In this document: piece by piece, positions 57,421-64,000 of the stretch
How the letters are laid out: every line of letters starts with the position of its first letter
How positions within the stretch are numbered: the stretch's first letter is position 1
Assembly: GCA_963674745.2 (NCBI GenBank)
Contig: CAXXDV010000001.1
Location: forward strand, 2,080,001 to 2,144,000
Reading direction: 5' to 3'
DNA length: 64,000 nt
Source: Desulfosudaceae bacterium
GTDB taxonomy: Bacteria > Desulfobacterota > Desulfobacteria > Desulfobacterales > Desulfosudaceae
Position numbers and translations under genes: made by a program
Notes under the pieces: generated by a model
Told to the model about the DNA's origin: nothing
Databases searched by the model: none
What the model saw: only the letters and a program-made list of their open reading frames with translations

Positions 57421-58416
57421 CTAAATCAACATATGCCTTACATTCGCGGGGGGTATGCCAAGCATGGTGATGGAACGCTTTTGCCCGCCGGTTGTGGCGA
57501 TTACCTGGACCGTTTCATCCTCCGGCGCTTTGCTGTAGCCGGCACAGATACCCGCTGCCAGCATAAGCGCGCTTTCATCCGACGTGCCGGCCAGCAGGCA
57601 GGTCGGCCCTGGCAACGTTTCGGTTTTTAACACGGTCATTGTTCCGGACGCGTTTGTTTCCGCAAGGTTCTTATTGTCCTCCTTGTTTCTCCCGACGATG
57701 AGCTTGCTTTCCGGTGTCAGGCGGAAATGGCGCCCGAATTTTAAAGCGTTCAGGTCGGCCTCCGAACATTCGTCCTGGTGCGCGAACAAATCTTTCAGGC
57801 GCTTGGAAAAACCGCTGTCGGTCAACAGGCATCCGCCCGCCGGGGTTGGATAGTCGGAAATCCCGTAATGCGCGGCCAGTTCCAATTGGCGCTTACGAGA
57901 CCTTCCCGTAATGTCATATAACCGGCTTCTGTCTACCAGGCCCTCTTTTTCCGGGACGGTTTCCGGCAGTGCCCTGGCAGACAAAGGCCGAAGCAGATAG
58001 CCGTCAACACCGGATCGCTTTTCAACATAACGTAACGCATGTTGAACCTGGGACATGGGCCGCTGGCCCATCACTTCACCGCTGAAAATAAAGTCAAAGT
58101 TTTCCTGGCGCATCATCTGTCCGGCCAGATTGACCATCAGGGCATGACAGTCCATGCAGGGATTCATGTTCTGTCCATAACCGCAGGGCGGATCTCTTAA
58201 CATTTTCAGGTATTGGGGGGTAATGTTTTTTACGGTAATGGAAATCCCGATGTCCCGGGCCGCTTTTTTGGCATTATCGGCCGAGAAAAACGGCGTCTCA
58301 AAACAGATCCATTTCACTTTGATATTCTGATCGCGCAGGACCAGGGCCGCCAGCATGCTGTCCAGCCCGCCGGAGGTAAGACCCAGCGCCCGGACTGTTG
58401 TCGGTGTTTTACGCAT
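57421..58416 (-). CDS. ThiI/MnmA-like PP-loop tRNA thiouridylase-family protein
   Basis: SGGLDS, NPCMDCH, GEVMGQRPMSQ, PAGGCLLT. Confidence 0.8.
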   Translation of the reverse strand: MRKTPTTVRALGLTSGGLDSMLAALVLRDQNIKVKWICFETPFFSADNAKKAARDIGISITVKNITPQYLKMLRDPPCGYGQNMNPCMDCHALMVNLAGQMMRQENFDFIFSGEVMGQRPMSQVQHALRYVEKRSGVDGYLLRPLSARALPETVPEKEGLVDRSRLYDITGRSRKRQLELAAHYGISDYPTPAGGCLLTDSGFSKRLKDLFAHQDECSEADLNALKFGRHFRLTPESKLIVGRNKEDNKNLAETNASGTMTVLKTETLPGPTCLLAGTSDESALMLAAGICAGYSKAPEDETVQVIATTGGQKRSITMLGIPPANVRHMLI

Positions 58417-58647
58417 ATTTTTCAATTATTAATTTCTGGAAAATTTTTATTTTTAAATTCTGTTGTCATTTTTGACAATGAAAAAAAGAAAAATTTGTGC
58501 TTTTTCCCTTTTTTCCCGCTTCGTCAAACACATGGCCGGTGGGGATAATTTATTAAAAAAATTGTTTATTTCCCACGTTTTTTCTTGACATGACCATATA
58601 TTGTAATAGAGTGGGTATAAACGGGTAGCAAAGTGCAGGCCAGAAGA

Positions 58648-59121
58648 ATGTCCAGACAAGACAAAAAACTACGTGGCACCACCACCAACACCGTTGATTC
58701 CAAGGGGCGGTTGATCATCCCCAAACGGTTTCGGGATTTCTTTGAGGGTTATCCGGGTAACAGTGAAATGCCCCTGATGGTGACTTATTACTCAGGCGCA
58801 CTCTACGCCTATCCGCCGGATGAGTGGGATAAGCGGGAAAGAAAGTTGCTCGATAACGAAACCATGGCCGGGCAGTATCAGCAGCTGATCGACAACTATC
58901 TGGGGCAGGTGTCGGAATGCAAAATCGACAAGCAGTGGCGGGTTTTGATTCCGTCTGAATTGCGAGCCATGGCGGGCTTAAAAGATGAGATTGTTATTGT
59001 CGGCCTGGTATATTACTTCAAAGTCTGGGACCGGGAAAGATACGAAGCGCAACGGATCACTTTTGATAAACAGGTAGACAGCGAGGACTATCAGCGTGTA
59101 ATTCGAGAAATAGGGCTTTGA
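58648..59121 (+). CDS. mraZ: Division/cell-wall cluster regulator MraZ
   Basis: DSKGRLIIP and DKQWRVLIP repeats; GTGGG-type boxes upstream. Confidence 0.9.
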   Translation: MSRQDKKLRGTTTNTVDSKGRLIIPKRFRDFFEGYPGNSEMPLMVTYYSGALYAYPPDEWDKRERKLLDNETMAGQYQQLIDNYLGQVSECKIDKQWRVLIPSELRAMAGLKDEIVIVGLVYYFKVWDRERYEAQRITFDKQVDSEDYQRVIREIGL

Positions 59122-59123
59122 TC

Positions 59124-60065
59124 ATGCAGTTCGGCCATCCACCCGTTATGCTGAAGGAAGCGGTTGACTCCCTCAACTGCAGCAGGGGGATGGCTGTTGC
59201 TGACTGCACGATCGGCGGTGCCGGTCATTCCCGATTGATTGCCGAACGGATCCTGCCCGGCGGCTTTTTAATCGGAATCGACAGGGACGCTGACGCCCTG
59301 ACCGCGGCACGGGAACGGCTGCGGGAATGGGCGCCGGAAGAAGTCTGCCTGGTTCAAGATAATTACGCCAATTTTTCTGACATTCTCTCACGTATCGGTA
59401 TCGAAACCGTTGACGGCGTTCTGGTTGATCTGGGTGTTTCTTCTTATCAGTTAAAGAACAGCGGGCGCGGATTTTCATTCAATCTTGACGAGCCGCTGGA
59501 CATGCGGATGGATGTTCGCCAGCCCTTAACGGCCGAAAAAATCGTCAATAGTGCGAGTGAAGCCGAGCTGGCCGATATTTTTAAAAAATTTGGTGAGGAA
59601 CGATACGCCGTAAAAATCGCCCGCACGATTGTCCGTGCCCGTGAATCCGAAGCGATTAATTCCAGCAGCCGGTTGGCCCGTCTTGTGGAAAAGGCATACC
59701 CGGTCAAGTCCCGTTGGGCACTCAAGATCCATCCGGCGACACGGGTATTTATGGCATTGCGTATCGCCGTAAACGGCGAGCTGGATAATTTGAGCGTTTT
59801 TTTGGATCAGGTCCCGGATTGCCTGAAAAGCGGGGCCAGGCTTTGTATTCTGTCTTTTCATTCTCTGGAGGACAGAATCGTCAAGCAACGGATGCGGTTG
59901 TGGGAAAAAGATTGCCTCTGCCCGTCGGATTTGCCGGTTTGTTGTTGTGACAAGAAAAAAGAGTTTCGTCTTATTACGAGAAAAGCCATGGTGCCCGATG
60001 GGCCGGAAGTGGAAGAAAATCCCATGGCCAGAAGTACCCGCATGAGGGTTGCAGAGAAAATCTGA
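59124..60065 (+). CDS. rsmH: 16S rRNA m4C1402 methyltransferase
   Basis: DCTIGGAGHS, DLGVSS, PLDMRMD, FHSLEDR. Confidence 0.96.
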   Translation: MQFGHPPVMLKEAVDSLNCSRGMAVADCTIGGAGHSRLIAERILPGGFLIGIDRDADALTAARERLREWAPEEVCLVQDNYANFSDILSRIGIETVDGVLVDLGVSSYQLKNSGRGFSFNLDEPLDMRMDVRQPLTAEKIVNSASEAELADIFKKFGEERYAVKIARTIVRARESEAINSSSRLARLVEKAYPVKSRWALKIHPATRVFMALRIAVNGELDNLSVFLDQVPDCLKSGARLCILSFHSLEDRIVKQRMRLWEKDCLCPSDLPVCCCDKKKEFRLITRKAMVPDGPEVEENPMARSTRMRVAEKI

Positions 60066-60089
60066 GGCAAGGGGCACCGGGGTCGGGGA

Positions 60090-60386
60090 ATGAGAAGAAA
60101 AACCAGACATGATCGATACATCGTCAGGGTAACCGCCGTCTGGGTAGCGGTGGTAATGGCCTGTATCGTCGAGATTTTTTTTTATACCTGGTGCAGTGTG
60201 CAATGCACGCGGTTTAGGTATGAAATCGGGCGCCAGGAAAAAACGACGGAAAAGCTTGAGGCGGAAAAAAAAGAGTTGCGAATTGAAATGGCCATGCTCA
60301 AGTCTCCGGCGAGAATTATGGGAATCGCCAGAGACCGGCTCGGCATGGTGGTCCCAAAAACAGATCAGGTGATTATTGTCCCATGA
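60090..60386 (+). CDS. ftsL: Cell division protein FtsL
   Basis: TM plus coiled coil, LKSPARI..IA..LGM; gene position. Confidence 0.85.
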   Translation: MRRKTRHDRYIVRVTAVWVAVVMACIVEIFFYTWCSVQCTRFRYEIGRQEKTTEKLEAEKKELRIEMAMLKSPARIMGIARDRLGMVVPKTDQVIIVP

Positions 60387-62143
60387 AATACAGCCGCAAA
60401 AAAAGAGAACCCGGAAAGATCAAGCTGCGGATCATTCTGGTGGGCGTCTTTTTCAGCCTGCTGTATATCGTCATTGCCGGGCGGGTTGTATATCTGCAGG
60501 TGTTCCGCGGTGAGATGCTGGCCGGCAGGGCATACCGTGAATACTATCGCACCTGTGTAACCTCGGGTAAACGGGGAACTGTTTTTGACAGGAACCACAA
60601 CGAGATGGCGGTCACGGTCGATGCCATGTCCATCGGCCTTCATCCTTCAGAAATTCCTGATGTCAATCAAGTGCTGCCGGAACTGGCCAGGGCGGTAAAC
60701 ATTGGGGTTGATGATCTCGGCAAAAAGTTAAATTCCAACCGATCTTTTGTCTGGTTAAAACGAAAAATGACGGATGATGAGGTCGCCGCAGTCCGACAGA
60801 TCGGTCTGCCGGCCAAAGCGATTGAATATATTCCGGCGCATAAAAGGGTTTATCCGAACAATTCCCTGGCGGCCCAGTTGATCGGATTTACCGGTGTCGA
60901 CGGTATCGGGATGGAAGGCATTGAATATGAATGGGAAAAAGAGCTTTGCGGGAATACCGTCAGCCGAACGGTCTTAATGGATGCCCGCAAGCGCTATCTG
61001 GGTAACGGCGACGAGCAGGCGGGTAAAGCCGATGGTAATGATGTCATTCTTACCATCGACAGTGCCATTCAGTATATTACCGAAGCCGCGCTGGAGGAAG
61101 CCGTGGTTTCGGCCGAAGCGATATCGGGTATGGCCATCGTGATGGACCCTCAAACGGGTGAGATACTGGCCATGGCCAACTACCCTTATTTTAACCTGAA
61201 CAATTACCGCCAATACAGCCGGGATTTATGGCGGAACCGGATTGTGACCGATGCCTTTGAACCGGGATCGATTATGAAGGTTTTTCTGGCGGCCGGGTCA
61301 ATTGAATCGGGCTTGTGCACGCCGGATTCGGTTTTTTTCTGTGAAGAAGGTGAATACCTGATCGACGGCCATTGTATTCATGACTCCCATGAGAACGGGT
61401 GGCTGACGATGCGTGAAATCATAAAAATTTCCAGCAACATCGGCGCCGTAAAAATTAGTGAGCGGATCGGACGCAAGAATTTATGGGAGACGTTGCGGCG
61501 GTTCGGCTTTGATTCCCGGCCGGATATTGCATGCCCCGGTGGAACTGGCGGCTTACTTTCGTTTTACACCCAATGGACGACGGTCGATACCAGCGCGATT
61601 GCTTTTGGCCAGGGCGTATCCGCTTCGGCGGTTCAACTGGTTACGGCTGTTTCCGCGATCGCCAACGGCGGACTGCTGTTGAAACCTTACGTGGTCAGCG
61701 CGACGACAGAACCCGACGGCCGGATTGTTCAATATAGAGAACGTAAAGTTATTCGACGGGTTATTTCCGAACAGACAGCCGCTTGCTTAAAAGAAATGAT
61801 GGCCGAAGTGACAAGCGAGGGCGGTACCGGCGCAAAAGCCGCTATAGACGGCTATACGGTATGCGGAAAAACAGGGACCGCTCAGAAACTGAATGAAGAG
61901 GGGCAATATACCGACAAAGATTACGTGGCTTCATTTCTCGGTTTCGCGCCGTTTAACAATCCCCGGATGGCTGTTCTGGTGGTGGTGAATTCACCCCGAA
62001 AGGGCTATTACGGCGGGATTGTCGCGGCCCCGGCATTCAAAAAAATCGTTCATGAAGCACTTAATTATTTCGGTGTACCGCCGGAGAGGAAAAATACCGG
62101 AGAAAACCTGATGGCGCTGGTCAAACAGGAGGCCAAGCGATGA
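60383..62143 (+). CDS. ftsI: Penicillin-binding protein FtsI
   Basis: EPGSIMK, SSN, KTGTAQ. Confidence 0.93.
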   Translation: MKYSRKKREPGKIKLRIILVGVFFSLLYIVIAGRVVYLQVFRGEMLAGRAYREYYRTCVTSGKRGTVFDRNHNEMAVTVDAMSIGLHPSEIPDVNQVLPELARAVNIGVDDLGKKLNSNRSFVWLKRKMTDDEVAAVRQIGLPAKAIEYIPAHKRVYPNNSLAAQLIGFTGVDGIGMEGIEYEWEKELCGNTVSRTVLMDARKRYLGNGDEQAGKADGNDVILTIDSAIQYITEAALEEAVVSAEAISGMAIVMDPQTGEILAMANYPYFNLNNYRQYSRDLWRNRIVTDAFEPGSIMKVFLAAGSIESGLCTPDSVFFCEEGEYLIDGHCIHDSHENGWLTMREIIKISSNIGAVKISERIGRKNLWETLRRFGFDSRPDIACPGGTGGLLSFYTQWTTVDTSAIAFGQGVSASAVQLVTAVSAIANGGLLLKPYVVSATTEPDGRIVQYRERKVIRRVISEQTAACLKEMMAEVTSEGGTGAKAAIDGYTVCGKTGTAQKLNEEGQYTDKDYVASFLGFAPFNNPRMAVLVVVNSPRKGYYGGIVAAPAFKKIVHEALNYFGVPPERKNTGENLMALVKQEAKR

Positions 62144-63717
62144 GGCTGTCCAGACTGCTCCAGGCTGCCTGTCCTCGACGGGTTATTGGAAATGGACTCG
62201 CCAACGGAGGGGTGTTGTCGGATCCGGAAGTCACGTCGATTCATTGCCGGTCCGATAATGTCCGGCCGGGCGGTGTTTTTGTCGCTCTGACAGGCCAGCA
62301 CGCCGACGGAAATGATTATATCGATGAGGCCCTGGCCAGGGGCGCGGTGGCCGTTGTAACGGAAAAATCGGATATTGATAATGCCATCGTCGCCCAGGTT
62401 GAGAACGCCAGAAAAGCGCTGGCACTGATGTCGGCGACTTTTTACGGAAAGCCCGCCGAAGCGCTGATAATGATTGGTGTAACAGGAACCAACGGGAAAA
62501 CCACCAGCGTCGCTTTGATCGAAAGCATCCTCAGGGCAAAGGGTATTGCTGTCGGCGTTATTGGAACGGAAAATTATCGTTACCACGGAAAAACGTTTGC
62601 CAATCCGTTAACGACGCCGGAATCGATCGACCTCCAAAGGATTCTGGCGGATATGGTTGCGTCGGGAGTTACCCACGTTGTCATGGAAGTGTCGTCCCAT
62701 GCGCTGGCCCAGCAACGGGTCGACGGATGCGCCTATGATGTGGCGGTTTTTACGAACCTGACCCAGGATCATCTGGACTATCATAAAGACATGGAAAATT
62801 ACTGGGTCTGCAAACAACTGTTGTTCACCCACTACCTGGGGCTCAGCTTTAAAAAGGAAAAAACCGCGGCGGTCATCAATTGTAATGACGCCCGGGGACG
62901 GCAGTTGTCAGGACGGTTAAAAGATACCCGTGTGATCTGTGTCGGGGATAACGATGACTGTTCGGTCGCACCGATCGATATCCGGTACACCCCCGACGGT
63001 ATTTTTGGCGATATCAGAACGCCTGTCGGCACGCTGTGTGTCCGGTCACTTTTAGCCGGTCACTATAATCTTGAAAATATTCTGTGCGCAGTCGGCGTGG
63101 CAGTCGCCCTGGGCGTTGAAAACGATATCACCCGTTCCGGTATCGAGGCGTTTTCCGGTGTGCCCGGAAGACTGGAGTCCGTCTCCAATCATCTGGATCG
63201 ATATGTGTATGTGGATTATGCCCACACCCCCGATGCCCTGGCCAATGTGCTGACTACCGTTCGGGCCATTACACCCGACCGGTTGTTTTGTGTTTTCGGC
63301 TGTGGCGGTGACCGGGACAGAAAAAAACGCCCCCAAATGGGAAAGATCGCTGTCGCTATGGCGGACCGGGTGGTGATTACTTCCGATAACCCCCGGTCTG
63401 AAGATCCGGCCGATATTATTAACGATATATTGGTCGGTGTCGAAGAAACCGCTTTACCGGCCATAGATTTTCAGGACCTCGGCCGACCGGATGTTGGTAA
63501 ACGATACCTGGTTGAACCTGACCGGGCCAGGGGCATCGCCGCGGCGATGATGGCATCCCGGCCGGGCGACGCTGTTGTAATTGCCGGAAAGGGCAGCGAA
63601 CCTTACCAGATATTAAAAGACGAAACCATAGATTTTGATGACCGGCTGGAGGCACGAAAAGCCTTGCAGCTGCTTGATGAAAAACGTCAACCGCATATGG
63701 GTATGTGCGCGACATGA
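62140..63717 (+). CDS. murE: UDP-MurNAc-tripeptide synthetase (mDAP)
   Basis: GTNGKTT, MEVSSH, DHLDYH, DYAHTPD, DNPR. Confidence 0.96.
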   Translation: MRLSRLLQAACPRRVIGNGLANGGVLSDPEVTSIHCRSDNVRPGGVFVALTGQHADGNDYIDEALARGAVAVVTEKSDIDNAIVAQVENARKALALMSATFYGKPAEALIMIGVTGTNGKTTSVALIESILRAKGIAVGVIGTENYRYHGKTFANPLTTPESIDLQRILADMVASGVTHVVMEVSSHALAQQRVDGCAYDVAVFTNLTQDHLDYHKDMENYWVCKQLLFTHYLGLSFKKEKTAAVINCNDARGRQLSGRLKDTRVICVGDNDDCSVAPIDIRYTPDGIFGDIRTPVGTLCVRSLLAGHYNLENILCAVGVAVALGVENDITRSGIEAFSGVPGRLESVSNHLDRYVYVDYAHTPDALANVLTTVRAITPDRLFCVFGCGGDRDRKKRPQMGKIAVAMADRVVITSDNPRSEDPADIINDILVGVEETALPAIDFQDLGRPDVGKRYLVEPDRARGIAAAMMASRPGDAVVIAGKGSEPYQILKDETIDFDDRLEARKALQLLDEKRQPHMGMCAT

Positions 63718-63739
63718 TGTGTCGTAAGGATGAAGGCAG

Positions 63740-64000
63740 ATGGCGGGAAAAATGGTGTGGACAGGGCCGGACGTACTGGCGGCAATCGGCGGAAAGCTGG
63801 TTAGCGGCACCGGCGACTTTTTTTTCAGCGGGGTGTCGACCGATTCCCGCGCCATTGTCCCGTCTGAGTTGTTTCTGGCGATTAAAGGGCAAACGTATGA
63901 TGCCCATGATTACATAAAAGATGTTCTGGAAAAGGGAGTATCGGGGTTTGTTGTCGCAAAGACATGCCGGCCGGCGACTGTTGGGCGAATCAAGACGGCC
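63740..64000 (+). CDS. murF: MurF (3' truncated by window)
   Basis: Not in the ORF track; reads MAGKMVW..GVSTDSR..LFLAIKG..YDAHDY. Confidence 0.85.
   Translation, partial: MAGKMVWTGPDVLAAIGGKLVSGTGDFFFSGVSTDSRAIVPSELFLAIKGQTYDAHDYIKDVLEKGVSGFVVAKTCRPATVGRIKTA

Overview
This is chromosomal DNA of a GC-rich anaerobe whose gene content resembles sulfate-reducing Desulfobacterota; the taxon is inferred, not shown. Housekeeping genes flank the window: mpl, ftsK, rnj, pheA, nadK, polA, rtcB, nrdDG, pyrF and the start of the dcw cluster (mraZ-rsmH-ftsL-ftsI-murE-murF). The centre (~19.27-38.45 kb) is a complete AT-rich sedentary integron. It has intI on the + strand, attI, a candidate Pc, and 27 cassettes on the - strand delimited by 27 attC sites (18 of one family, 6 of a second, 3 singletons). 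The three consecutive attC sites just before the last one each appear to carry an insertion at the R'' box: (i) a 2.3-kb element encoding a frameshift-dependent tyrosine recombinase plus an IS91-type HUH transposase, ending in its own inverted attC-like hairpin (a candidate autonomous, attC-targeting cassette); (ii) an ORF-less 710-nt group IIC intron; (iii) a hicAB module flanked by a 9-bp direct repeat. The array also holds a triplicated ORF-less cassette, a duplicated cassette whose two copies sit beside different attC sites, and mosaic attC sites. IntI has a duplicated C-terminal tail. Outside the integron are apparent homologues of the mycobacterial methylmannose polysaccharide genes and many GTAG-type REP clusters. 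All calls come from reading the sequence; no searches were run.
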